Counted from the first letter of the stretch, positions 1-11,040 are shown. The stretch: 64,000 bases of DNA from Diplonema japonicum (GCA_964019335.1 OZ025718.1:62001-126000); one strand, 5' to 3'. Made by a program: numbers and translations. The notes: a model not told the origin generated them from the sequence alone.

Positions 1-1261
1 CTTGATCAGCAGCTGCCTGTAGTCGGTCTCGCCCTTGGCGACAGGCGTCGTGCTGTCCGTGCTCTCGATAAGCTCCTTTTTAAGGAACTGGATCACCTTC
101 TCAATGTTCTTCGCGGTCACCAGGTCAAGAGTCAGCTCCAAGATCCTCCTCTGAATCTCAACTTCGCTGCCGACCAAGCACCTCAGAAGGTCCATCGACA
201 ATTCTTGCAGAGTTTCGGGGAAGCTCTTCTTGATATCTTCGAGCTTGCCAAGCACTACCAGCTTAACATTGTTGTCGCAGTGGGCGTTCAGGAGGTTCAC
301 CAGAGTGGTGGCAGACGCCTTGATGGCAGTAGGCGACGAGGACAGCGCCAAGAGGGTCGAAGCACATTGGAACAGAACGGCCTGTTGTGGTGGGTGGTGC
401 ATTGATGGGATACCTGAGACTTGCTCTGCAGCAGCGTGAAGATAACGGTAATGTACTCCGACTTCTCGTGGGGGTTCGTTTGCATCAGCTGCTTGAGCAG
501 CTCAACGATGGCGAGCTGGAAGACATCGTTCTGGCTCTGTGGGGGGTGTTGTTCACGAGTGTGTTGCATACCTGTCCCAGGTCAGTGTCCATGATGCTGC
601 GGAGGTACGAGACGGCACGGTCAGGGGTGCACGTGAAAAGCATGAGGAAGGCGTTACGCTTGGCAGTAACGTCTGTCTCTTGTGCGAGGAGCTGCTCGAC
701 GGTCTCGGGGGCGTCGGGAAGGGCCTCGGGGATCCTTTTGTAGATGTTGGTGATCGCAAGGATGGCATTGCGTCTCACGTAGCTGTGGCGGTGCACCAAG
801 CAGTCGAGCACAGTGGGGGCAAGGGGCTCGAGAATTTCTTTTTCCTTGAGGTTGCAGAGGAACCTAAGGGTGGCACCTCGGATGAACTCGTTAGGGTGCG
901 CTAAGTCACGACGAAGGAAGTCGACGAGGAGAATGAGCTCGGGGAGCAGCTTGCCCTGCGCGTCAACCTTTTCGACAACCTCCCAGAAGTACAGCACCAG
1001 CTTCTTCAGGGTGTGCACAGAGGCGTCATTCTTCTCGTTCGAGGAAGTGGTGGTCCCAGACGGCTGGATGAACTTGATCACGCTCATGATCAGCTTCGTC
1101 TGCGGCTCGCCGTTCAACGTCAGGGCGATCATGTCCTTCACCGCTTGGATCCTCTCCTTCGTGCCACCCTTCTCAATCGCCTCCTTCAGCTCCTTCGGGG
1201 TAGGAGCCTGCTTGTCCATCCCCACAAGGAGGTAGCATGGCGGTTCCGGCTGCTGTGCCAT
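1..1261 (-). CDS. COPB1: Coatomer subunit beta (beta-COP); 3' part runs off the window; introns 537-571 and 382-413
   Basis: Motifs LKKLVLYFWE, DLAHPNEFIRGATLRFLC and HRHSYVRRNAILAI. Removing two GT-AG mini-introns (35 and 32 nt) continues the frame as FQLAIVELLK...AVLFQCASTL...DNNVKLVVL. Confidence 0.96.
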
Positions 1262-1962
1262 TTTCTTTACCCGACCCTATGAAGCAATGATACCAAAAAA
1301 GAAAACCAAACGACAAGCCACTTAATGTTAACTACTAACACAACACCTTGTTAAGCCTTAACAGCAAGTTATGGTATTTAAGAGTTAAAAGAAAGAAATA
1401 TTTCGATGTCTTTGTTCAGACGGAACAAGGCAGCAACAGAACCAGCCATCCTCGGACTCAGAAACGGAGTTGGAAGACACTCCCGCCGGAGCAAAATCAG
1501 GAAGGCGCAAGGGTCAGGAATGGACCTCTGCAAAGGTGTCGCTGAAGGCAGCACCCTACTCAACAGGGGGCCCGAAGGGTTCGAAAGGAACAACCTCTAC
1601 TGCGACATCACCAACAACGAGTACACCGGGCACCAACCTCAAGTGGAATGAACGCGGATTTCAAACTTATCTTTCAAAATGCGAAATAAAAAAATCATTG
1701 TGAATTACTCAAGATCCCGCTGCACACTTCTAGAAGGGCTTTAGTAGGTGCGGTGAAACAAGAAAAGTGAGAACGAAAAAAAAAAAATGCAAGCAAGAAG
1801 AGCTAGCAAAGAGAAAGAAGCCGATACGCGGGCATCTTGTCCAAAAGTTTGGTAGAGGCACGTTGCGGGGGGCGAAAAGGGAGGAGGGGGAAATCTTTAT
1901 CAGGTGTTCAGCTGGTGTGCAAAACCGATAGTGTGTAAAGTATAAGCGGTACGGTGTATCAT

Positions 1963-2838
1963 CTACATTTTAGCAGTGATCTGTTTCAAAGGATGCTTGC
2001 CAAAAGCGTACCCAGTGAAGGGAGGGACAATGTTGTAGCCAAGCAGCTCTTGGAGGCGGGTGGGGAGGGTGGGCACGACTTCTCTGGGAACACAAAGGTA
2101 CTGGTTTTCCTGTTGGCGAAGCCAACCAAGTGCGAACTCGAGGATGACACCCATGCGAGGGGCTTTCGAGTTGTTCGCCCCGCCACCATGCATGATGCTG
2201 CCAGTGTACATGAGGACAGACCCTGCCTTCATGACTGCTTTTGTCCCACGGTCGCCTTCAGTAGTTTCCGGCAGCCTTGTGCTGTTGTCGTAACTCGATC
2301 TTTTGATGACAGTTTTGTGCACAAAGTCACGCGTGTTCTTTTTCTGCGCTTCAGGGGACCATTTGTGTGACCCGGGGTATATGACAGTGGCCCCGTTCTC
2401 TTCTGTGAAGTCATCAAAGGCCCACATTGTGTTGAACACGATCTCGGGATGAGGCTTTGGGATAGGATACTTGTCGTCGTCACGGTGTATAGGCTGCCCC
2501 TGCTCACCAGGCAGGAGGTTGATCCCCGTCGGCGACGACAGCGTGAAAAACTTGTTCCCCAACACACTCCTGCACGTGTTCCACACCAGGTCCTTGCACA
2601 CCGGCTCGTCCATCACCCTCGTCTTCCCAAAGATGCCGTACAGCCTCTGCGTCTTAAAGCCCTCAAACCTGTTCCTCCCCTGCGGCAGCTCCCCGAATAG
2701 CCCAGCCAGCTCTGTTTTCTTCCGTGCAACCTCCTCCGGCGACAGCATGTCCCTCACCACACAGCACCCGTCATCCTCGATCGCCTTCAAGATCTTCTCC
2801 TGCACCCCCTCCTCATTCGGGGCAAACGACTGTATCAT
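1963..2838 (-). CDS. Phytanoyl-CoA dioxygenase (PhyH) family Fe/2OG dioxygenase
   Basis: HxD motif QPIHRDD, WAFDDFTEENGAT..PGSH, distal His GSIMHGGGAN and downstream Arg. Start placed at MIQSF (2838) because the upstream extension is poly-A. Confidence 0.92.
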   Translation of the reverse strand: MIQSFAPNEEGVQEKILKAIEDDGCCVVRDMLSPEEVARKKTELAGLFGELPQGRNRFEGFKTQRLYGIFGKTRVMDEPVCKDLVWNTCRSVLGNKFFTLSSPTGINLLPGEQGQPIHRDDDKYPIPKPHPEIVFNTMWAFDDFTEENGATVIYPGSHKWSPEAQKKNTRDFVHKTVIKRSSYDNSTRLPETTEGDRGTKAVMKAGSVLMYTGSIMHGGGANNSKAPRMGVILEFALGWLRQQENQYLCVPREVVPTLPTRLQELLGYNIVPPFTGYAFGKHPLKQITAKM

Positions 2839-3083
2839 TTTTGTGAGTGGTTTTTCTTTTTTTTTTTTTTTCTTTGCTCCCTTTGTGAATATATGACGCT
2901 GCAAAGCACACTTTTAGTGACAATCACAACAAGCTTCTGAGAGGTAGGCAAGGAACGAACCCCGCCGCCACTCTACTAAAGGGGGCATATGAAGTTTTGG
3001 AGGGAGGGGAAAGGGGGGGATGGATCTTTACATCAGGGAGACAAGACAAACAGATTGACAAACAAGGGAGGAAGGTAACACCT

Positions 3084-4073
3084 CTATGGGGAGAGGTAGC
3101 CGAACTTGGGGCTGGCAGGGGAGTAGTACATCCTGCAGAGGTCGTCACGCCTACGGGGCGGGGAGGCGGCGTTGGCGATCATAGCACGGTTCAACGAGAT
3201 GTGGTCCGCGTCCGCCCTCTCGTAGGCCCTGATCCTGTCCAGCTCGTTCTTGGTCTTAAGGTGGCGGATCTGGAGGTCGAGCTCAGCCTTTCTCTGGGCG
3301 CGGTAGTCCCTGTCGATGGTTTCCCTTTCGGCGGTCCATCCAAGCGCGTAGCTGCGTCTCAGCTCTTCTTCCCTGGCCCTCCTTGCGGCCAGGTTGTCGC
3401 TCTCGGCTCTTGTGGGCGGTACGTTCTCGGGGATGGTGTACAGCGGTTGGTCAAGCTTCACACCGTACTGCGCGTAGTAAAGGGTGTCAATGAGGGCAGG
3501 GAACCTGAGGCCCCATCGTGCCCAGTCCTCGAAGGCAAGGTCGGCGGAGCGTCTGAACAGGTCGCCAATGGCAGCCTCCTCCCACATGATGTTGTGAGCG
3601 AGCAAGTGCTGCCTGAGACCGGTGAGGGGGAGCAGGTGGCTGGGTGCGATCTCAAGGTCGCTGTAGATGCGGCGGAGCTTTTCAGAAAGTGCAGCGTTGA
3701 TGCCGAGGTCAGTGGCGATGCGTGCACGTGTGGGGGAACCGAGGTAGCTGTCCTGCGTGAACTTGGCTGCAGGGATGGTGCCCGGCACGTCGCTGTGGGC
3801 CATGCCGCTGGGCTGGAACACAAAGACCTGCGAGTTGGACTTCAGCTGCGTGTTGCTGTACAGGTCCACCCACCTCTGCAGCACGTCGTCGAACACCTGC
3901 ATCGTCTGCACCCTGAAGGGCTCCGCCACGTGCCTCATGGATTGGCTCTCTTTGTCGAAGTTCCCTTCCACAGCAACAATCAGCTCGCTGAGAGACGGCA
4001 CACCTGCGAACTCAAGCTTTGTGTTCTGCTTAGAACCGAACAGGTCAGTCGCGACATCGAGAACAAAGGCCAT
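3084..4073 (-). CDS. BILBO1-family protein (BILBO1 N-terminal domain, degenerate EF-hands, short coiled coil)
   Basis: N-terminus MAFVLDVATDLFGSKQNTKLEF..PSLSEL...WVDLY...QVFVFQP matches the trypanosome BILBO1 NTD pattern. FPALIDTLYY follows an EF-hand-like region. Confidence 0.85.
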   Translation of the reverse strand: MAFVLDVATDLFGSKQNTKLEFAGVPSLSELIVAVEGNFDKESQSMRHVAEPFRVQTMQVFDDVLQRWVDLYSNTQLKSNSQVFVFQPSGMAHSDVPGTIPAAKFTQDSYLGSPTRARIATDLGINAALSEKLRRIYSDLEIAPSHLLPLTGLRQHLLAHNIMWEEAAIGDLFRRSADLAFEDWARWGLRFPALIDTLYYAQYGVKLDQPLYTIPENVPPTRAESDNLAARRAREEELRRSYALGWTAERETIDRDYRAQRKAELDLQIRHLKTKNELDRIRAYERADADHISLNRAMIANAASPPRRRDDLCRMYYSPASPKFGYLSP

Positions 4074-4873
4074 TTGTAGTTACGGAGGAGGAGAAAAAGA
4101 AAATACAACTTCTTTTTTTTGCAATAACAGCCTGAGTGTTGTGATGGCGAAATAGGAGGGAATAACATAAAAATAAAACCAGAAGGAGACTTGTTGGCTG
4201 ACTTAAGGTGGTGGTGTATCTGCTGATTACGAGAGCGCTCTAACCTGGATACAGATGCTTCGTTGCGGCATTTCTTTACGATTTCTTTTTTCACTTTTCT
4301 TTTTTGTATTGCAAGTACTACTCAGCTTCTTAAAAGAACAAAAGAAAAAGAGTAGTGATAGCAGTACTTATCTCAGGATATACCGTGTGCATAAACAAAT
4401 GCTCTAACCACCGTCTTTTTTCTTTTTAAAAACGATTGTAATAACACATAAAGACAAATAGAAGGATGAAGAGGGGGGGGAGGAAAGGGTGTACCCCACT
4501 GGTCCCTACAAGAAAATAAGGGGAGGAAAAAAAAAACAGGCAGTTTGTTTTTCTTCTTTGGAACCTTTAAAAAAGAGAGAGATAACATGGGGGGGGGGGG
4601 GGGGGGATCAGACCGTTTTTAAAAAAAAAGAAAATACTGTAAAACAAAAATCCACCGGAAGATAAAATATCCGGACCGCCGAAACATCCGGTGATTTTAT
4701 CTTCCGGACATTCTTTTTGGGCACTTTTCTAAGGGGGTACCTAGCCTGCCCTACGCACTGTACCCTCTGTCTGGAAAACTCATATTTCTGTTGCAAGAGT
4801 CTTAAGAACGGCAAAATAAAATTCAAATTAACAGACGAAAGCTGCATGCTCTAAAAGGGGGAAGGAGATATCT

Positions 4874-4988
4874 CGCGACTCCTCTAGGTGCTGACCTCTT
4901 CAGGTGCCTGAAATGATCTTGCAAGTGGGAATATCTTCAGGTGAGAGGTCCCAGCAGGTTGGAGAGTACTTTTCCCGACCAATAAAAC
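4874..4988 (-). repeat. Degenerate second copy of the hammerhead-core element, nested in the transposon
   Basis: Shares GCGACTCCTCYAGGTGCTGACCTCWTCAGG and GTCCCAGCAGGTTGRAGAGTACTKTTCCCGACSAATAAAA with 10914-11015. Confidence 0.8.
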
Positions 4989-5099
4989 TAAAAAAGGGGC
5001 GAGGAAAGCGCTACCTGTCCGCACGTCTGGCCGTCTTGTTTGCTGCCTTCGCAGTCTTGGCAGTGCGCCTGGCCAAGTCTTGGGCGGCACAAATAGGTG

Positions 5100-5837
5100 A
5101 GGTCTGGGGACAAACGCTAAGTGAACGTTTGTGTCTGAAAACAAGTTCACAAAAGCCTGCGTAGTGGACATTGTAGTCATCAATGATGAGTAGGATGGGC
5201 TCGGTGGGTGCTCAGCCCATGATGAATCGATGAGGTTGTAGCAAAGGGGAGAAACAACCCGAAGCGTTTCCTGGGTGGCCCAGTGAGATTTCGAAGCTGT
5301 TAAACTCCAGCCTTTTGGGGGGGTGTGCAACACGAGGGACAGACCCGGGGTATTTCCTGCTGCGAGCTGGTTCTGTTTTTCCCGTGTAAATTAACTGCGG
5401 GTGCAGTTTGCCACCAGTCAGGGAAACGCACTGTCCAGTGACGGCGCGCTTGCCAAATCCCTATCCTTGACAACCTTGGGACCAGTGGCAGCAGCTGGTC
5501 CATGTTCCAGGTCAACCGGCCTGATCCCTGTGAACCTCCTTGCTGCCTGGGTGTCTTTGGGGCTGCTAGACTTCCCTATTGCTGGGCGGCGGCTTGTGAT
5601 GCCATGCTTGGGGCACAGCTGGTTGGCCCTCTGCATACAGGCAGATGTCCGACGCGGTAGCACCCCCCTTCCGTTCTGCATCTGGATCCAAACAAAGAGC
5701 CTTGTTGTTTCTTCCTTGTTCAGAAGAGGCTTGCGACCCGCAGTAACGGGTGCGGCAGGGGGATCGACCTTGGAGCTACCAAAGCGGTGCTTCCAGTCTG
5801 ATATACTGGACATTGGCTCCATGACGCAAACCCGCAA
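5100..5837 (-). pseudogene. Frameshifted pogo-type transposase (CENP-B-like HTH plus DDE_1 remnants)
   Basis: In order across frames: GRKPLLNKEETTRLFVWIQ, KHGITSRR, WNMDQ, SKSHWATQET, PILLIIDDYNVH, NVHLAFVP. Truncated before the third catalytic Asp. Confidence 0.8.
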
Positions 5838-6850
5838 AGCACCCTAAAGCAAGCACAAGAAGTGGTTCGGTTCAACAAGCTTGTGGTAGAAGCGAACAAT
5901 CAGGATCTGAGGTGTCTTTTAGTTCTTGGAAAAGTCCGTAATTCAATTCTCTGATTTTCGTTTGATTTTCTCTTGCTATAGAAACTAGTTTATTCTGTTT
6001 TCGGGTCCAGCCCTTTAAAAAAAGGGGGGGCCCAGGAAAGAAATGTCCGGAAGAAAAAATATCCGGACCGCCAGAGCTTCCGGACATTTTATCTTCCGGT
6101 GATTTTTGTTTTACAGTAATTGGTTACAGTTATTATTTTGCTTTCTGCGTAATGGTAACAAGAAAAGTAAAACCAAAGTTTTGAAATGGATCAGTTGCCC
6201 AGCTCTGGAGAACAACTTGTCCAAAGCATGCAGTTTATCCAGCAAAGAGGGGCTTTGGGGGAAAAGGCTCCCACAAGGAAAAGTCCCCCTACCCGCTACA
6301 GAGATGCATCAAAAGTCGGACCAGATCTCCTTTTGCGTTGAGTTAGCGTTCTGTCAAAAATGGCTTCTTTGAATTCTTTTTTTTTTTTTTTTTGGGAGGG
6401 AGGTAAAGAAAACACAAAACTGAGTTTTCCTCAATGCAAATGAAAGGGCCACCCTTGTCTGCCCACTTTTTTTTCTCCCCCCTCTTGAGCGTTTCATGTC
6501 ATGCAAAGTTCACTCCCTTCTCCCCTACAGGGCGAGTAACTCAAATCTTGTGGAGGTGTTTCGCATAACAAAAAAAAAAGGGGGAGGAGGAAGAGGAAAA
6601 AGTACTAAATAATAATAAGGTACAACAAAATCCGGTCCATAAAAAAATAAGGAGATCGGCGGGAAGAACTTCGCTACGAGAGTCAAGTGTTAGCAACTAC
6701 CCACTGCAGTGGTGTGCCTGATGATGCTCTCCTTTGCTTAGGGGGAACACTCTCTGCTGCCCTGTCTCGCTGATATTTTGTATCAAAACCTGTACTGAAA
6801 AAACACATTAGGTCGCACAGGGGGGGGAGGGGTGAATATATATATATATA

Positions 6851-7569
6851 TGAGCTCGTCCGGAAAAAAATGTCAACAAAAGACCCTCTTATGCGGCGAA
6901 AAACCCCCGTTAGATTTCTAAGTAAAAGAGTAGTCCGACACCACTTTGTGTGCAGAAATGCAGTCTAAGCTTGAACACCATATAGGTCAAAATGCTCGCC
7001 GTTTGTTTTATTTTTAAAACGCACGTGCAAAAACATGTTTTTTAGAATGGTTTTTGGCAAACGATTCAATTTGGAAGTTACAAATAACCCGGACTCCATT
7101 TTTTATTTTCGTTTTTCCGTGAAAAGCGACAGGAAGAATGGACGCAGAAAAAAAAGCCAAAAAATAGGGTGTAAAAAAACCGGATTTTCGGGGGCTATAC
7201 AACACCATATATTTTTCGCTAAGTACTTTTTAACAGCAACCCGACCCTGGGTTGTACCCAGGGGTCACAAGTGCGCTTGAACACCAATTTTATGCACCCT
7301 AGATGCTGCATTTTAAGCAATAAAATTGCATTTTAAACATTTTTCGCCGTTTTTTTGACCTCTATTTTTCGCTTCCCGGGGGCAGCCGGTTGCAAAGCCT
7401 GCCACCCTCATGGCAAAACAAGCATCGCAATTGAAAGAACGGCGTCATGTACACCATGTATGTCATCTTCCTATGGTTTCATGCTGCCCTTTTTTTGCTC
7501 AAATAATCAAAACAAGAAATTTTCAGAGGTGCCCAAAGAAGTGTTGACATTTCCGTCCGGACGAGCTCA
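6851..7569. mobile_element. Non-autonomous TIR element (MITE-like) inserted beside a (TA)n run
   Basis: Left end TGAGCTCGTCCGGAAAAAAATGTCAACA, right end TGTTGACATTTCCGTCCGGACGAGCTCA. No ORF. Related ends at 47672-47764. Confidence 0.75.
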
Positions 7570-8272
7570 TGTGTATTTAACCAGCAAAGCGGACAGTTTT
7601 CGTTTCCCCCGAATTGTAGCAAAAAAAAAAAAAAAAAAAAAAAGAAGGGTGTATAAAATTCCCCCCCTCCGCCCCACAATACGGAGCTTAGTTTATTGTC
7701 CTTTCATTCGCAATCAGTTCAAAAAAAAAAAAAAAAAAGACAGCGTTCATCCACCATGGTTGGGCGGGTATGCATTGGTACTGGATGCTCCACGTGGGAG
7801 TCGGCGGGCTTAAGAGCGGGTTGCCCATCTCAGCGTGCACACAGCTAGCTAGGTAAGAGGTGACGCCCTCACCTGTCCCATCACTACACTACGCAGCTTC
7901 CTACGCAGCATTCGGTAGCGCTGCTCCTTGGGATGATGGGGAAGAAAATAGGAGGGGAGGGAGGCAAAGTTGATCTGTGCTTCCTCCCAACCCCGTAAAA
8001 GAGTACACACCAGCTAGACACTGTCATTACCCGTAGGCAGAATCGCGTCTCCGTACCTTCCTCCTCCATGGGCAGAGTCGCGGTCAGACTGTATAAGTCC
8101 ATCCCTTGTGGTGGCTGGGAACTATCTCTTCGCCACGGCCCGTCCCGTGTGCAGGGTCACCACAGGCAGGTGATGGAGAGGTCAGTCCAGGTGTCTTCCT
8201 TCTTAAAACCTCCACGACCCCAAAAAGAAAAACATTATTACTATCCCATTTTCTTATCAACAGACAGTGCTG

Positions 8273-9718
8273 TTAAATAACGTCATCGGCCCTTTTCTGG
8301 AAAGCGGGTTCGATGGGAAGCCAGAAGGCTGATGCGGAGCCTGTGCCCATCATGCCGGCGGCGAGGAAGAGGATGATGGAGACGTGCACATTGTAATGGA
8401 AGAAGAGACCGAAGGCAACTTGCGACAACCCGCTCGCCACACGCCCCGTTGCAGAGAGCAGTCCGATGGCAGTGGACCGTTGTGCGGTGGGAAAGGACTC
8501 TGAAGACAAACACGACAAGGAGTTCCACCCTATTATGGAAACAGCATTGTAAGCACACGACAAGGCCACCACAGGGTACAAACTGTTTTGGAAGCCCATC
8601 GCCGTGCACACCACACAGGAAAGGCCCATAGAATAGGTCAACATCCGTTTCCTTCCCAATCTGTCTACCAGAACAGCACTAAGCACATTCCCAGGCAAGT
8701 TCGACGCTTGTACCATAAACGCATTTTCGTAATCGTCAAGCCCAGCGTTGTACTGATCGAACAGCTTGGGGATCCATAGGATGATGCCGTACCACCCAAA
8801 GGACAGTGTGAACCACACAACAAGGAGAAGGGATGTTGACCTGCCGTTCTCGCCTGTGAGGAGCTCTTTGACCAGACGGATGCTTTCCTTCGCTGACGGT
8901 TTTACCTTCTCCGCCGGTGCTGTGGACACAGACCGCCCCGCCTCCTCCACGAAGGGGTCCGAAAACGGTTTCCTGTTAAAGGCAGCGATCTTGCGCAGCA
9001 CCTCCGACGCTTGCACGAACTTGCCCTTCATGATGTAGTACTTCGGGGTCTCATACATGTAGAACTGAATTAGTAGGATAGCTATTACATTTGGAATCTG
9101 TGAGGCAACTGATAACCACTGCCATGGGTGGTCTTCGTGGCCAATGAGGTACCATGCTACCCCTGCAGTGTATACCCCACCGAACATCCAGAAGGAGCAA
9201 ACAATGGTAATAAACTTCCCACGATATGCAAGGCTTGTGATCTCCGCTGCAATGGTGAACATGACAGGGACCGTGCCGCCCACTCCGACGCCAGTCAGGA
9301 TCCTGCATGCGAAGATCCATTCCCAAGAGTGCGGGAAGACGATGATGAGAAGGCCGAAGATGGTGTTGACATACATCGACACTAAGAGACACGGCTTACG
9401 GCCGATCTGATCGGAAAGGCTGCCAGCAAGCAGTCCCCCAACTAACATCCCGAAGAACATGGACCCTGACAGCACGCCTTTCATCGTGTCAGTGAAGTCC
9501 AGCTTTGGCATGATAAACGAGATTACCATCAGCTCCGTGCTGTCTGCCGCGTTAGCCAATCCTAGCGCAACGAGCGCCACAGCCTGGTATAGGCCCATGT
9601 TCCTGTGCAGGCAGTCCTCGAGCGCGTCGTTTCCTTCTTCGCCTTCCTCATTCGATCTTGACAGAATGCTCACCTCCTCGTCCTCATGTGTGTCTATTGC
9701 CATCCTGCTCTTGATCAT
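8273..9718 (-). CDS. MFS transporter, SV2/SVOP-like
   Basis: About 12 hydrophobic helices; MFS motifs GSLSDQIGRKP and LVDRLGRKR; ESFPTAQRSTAIG. Confidence 0.93.
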   Translation of the reverse strand: MIKSRMAIDTHEDEEVSILSRSNEEGEEGNDALEDCLHRNMGLYQAVALVALGLANAADSTELMVISFIMPKLDFTDTMKGVLSGSMFFGMLVGGLLAGSLSDQIGRKPCLLVSMYVNTIFGLLIIVFPHSWEWIFACRILTGVGVGGTVPVMFTIAAEITSLAYRGKFITIVCSFWMFGGVYTAGVAWYLIGHEDHPWQWLSVASQIPNVIAILLIQFYMYETPKYYIMKGKFVQASEVLRKIAAFNRKPFSDPFVEEAGRSVSTAPAEKVKPSAKESIRLVKELLTGENGRSTSLLLVVWFTLSFGWYGIILWIPKLFDQYNAGLDDYENAFMVQASNLPGNVLSAVLVDRLGRKRMLTYSMGLSCVVCTAMGFQNSLYPVVALSCAYNAVSIIGWNSLSCLSSESFPTAQRSTAIGLLSATGRVASGLSQVAFGLFFHYNVHVSIILFLAAGMMGTGSASAFWLPIEPAFQKRADDVI

Positions 9719-9851
9719 AGACACATCCTTTGTTGGTGGTTATGTCAGAACGAAATAGAGGGGGTTGGGGAATAACAGATACAGATAGCTTAAAACACTA
9801 TTTGTGATTTTGATGATTACTGAGGTGTGTGTGTGTGCGTCATGTATCGAA

Positions 9852-10612
9852 CTACTCTTCCTCAGACTCCTCCAGGTCGACCGCCGGACCGTTCAGCTCG
9901 ATTTCCTCCATAATGTCAAGCATCTCAAGGCAAGCCTTTTTTTTTTTTTTTTGGTTTCTTTTTTTTTTCCTATTTCTCGTTACAAACCTCGTCATCAGCA
10001 CCTTGCTTGAACAGGCCCATGAGGCCGAAGTCGGCGGTCGCTGTACGCTTTCGCTTCTTGCCGTCCTGGGGAGCCTTCTTTTTAAGTGCCTGCACGGCTG
10101 TGATGCCTGATGTTTTGCAGGTAGATGGGGACTCTAGATCCGAGAGGTTGAATGTAACCTCAACCCACAGTTCGGTTTCCTTAATCAGCTGGTTGGGCTT
10201 GAAGGTCAGGATCGCCTTCTTCACAAATACAGTGTCGGACTTCCCGACCATTTCGGTGCTGATCTTTTGGAGGTTTGCAAGGAGTTCCTCGTCCTTAGGG
10301 GTGCACCTGTTTGCCACCATTGGTGACGAAAGCACTGCAGCGGGCCAAAGGTCCGGCACTAATTCCGCCCACAGCTTATTCTTCTCCTCCAACAACGCTT
10401 TCCTCTTCTCTTTGAACTCCAACTCGATTCTGAACGCTCTTGTGGTCGCTTCGATCTCGGCCGCCTTATTCGTATTTTCTATTTCAAGCAGCTTCTCTTC
10501 GATACTGTTGTGGGGGTAATGTAATAATGTTGTTAGAGGCTACATACGGCTTCAAAGCTTCCCTCCTCCTCGCGTTTTCCTTCTCGCTTCTAATGTCCAC
10601 CACAGTCGCCAT
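9852..10612 (-). CDS. Nucleosome assembly protein (NAP/SET)-like; introns 10505-10547 and 9936-9987
   Basis: Spliced product MATVVD...long helix...LWPAAV...DEELLANLQKISTE...LTFKPNQLIKETEL, a KKRKR NLS-like motif and an acidic tail EESEEE*. Confidence 0.7.
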
Positions 10613-10879
10613 ATTATTTTCTTGTGCTGGTGCTGTGAGACGGTATGCCAAGTGGAATCGTTTGACATGACAACAAAACTAGTACGATGAGGCTGGAAAG
10701 CACACCGCGATAATATGAAAGAACAGGGGGGAGGGAGGGGAATGCTAATTGTTGTGCAAAAACTGGCTACGTTACCCCTAAAAAAGGGCAATATTTATTA
10801 TGTACCCTTTTCGCAACAACAACTTCTTAACTTATTACCGGTACACAATAAAGGCGATGTCACATACAAACTCCGCATG

Positions 10880-11040
10880 GTCAGTAGGTAGCTCTCAGTT
10901 TCGGTCAAATCCTGCGACTCCTCCAGGTGCTGACCTCATCAGGCGAGAGGCACCCTTCAACGGCTCCTGCTACTCGTCCCAGCAGGTTGAAGAGTACTGT
11001 TCCCGACGAATAAAAAACTACTAGGTCGGATACTCTGACT
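10880..11040 (-). ncRNA. Structured element containing a hammerhead ribozyme core (probably an inactive relic)
   Basis: Minus strand reads CUGAUGA(10942-10936)-GGUCA...UGACC-GAAAC(10902-10898), with two further hairpins upstream. No intact NUH or stem I partner found. Confidence 0.5.

Larger units (their letters stand above)
4637..6116. mobile_element. Decayed pogo/Tigger-like (Tc1/mariner superfamily) DNA transposon, ~1.48 kb
   Basis: TA|CTGTAAAACAAAAATCCACCGGAAGATAAAAT ... ATTTTATCTTCCGGTGATTTTTGTTTTACAG|TA. Imperfect TIR of ~80 bp, TA on both sides, internal transposase remnants. Confidence 0.88.

Noticed and set aside
2997-4079. 360-aa plus-strand ORF
   Set aside because: In-register antisense of the BILBO1-like gene; no motifs.
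6718-6775. CTGATGA followed by a hairpin and a later CTGA (hammerhead or C/D snoRNA?)
   Set aside because: No GAAA after the stem, no terminal stem, and too short to support either call.
7740-8270. GC-balanced stretch with short ORFs
   Set aside because: No consistent exon chain or recognisable motif.
10899-10942. SECIS reading of AUGA...GA with a 12-bp helix
   Set aside because: No apical AA and no in-frame UGA in the upstream gene.
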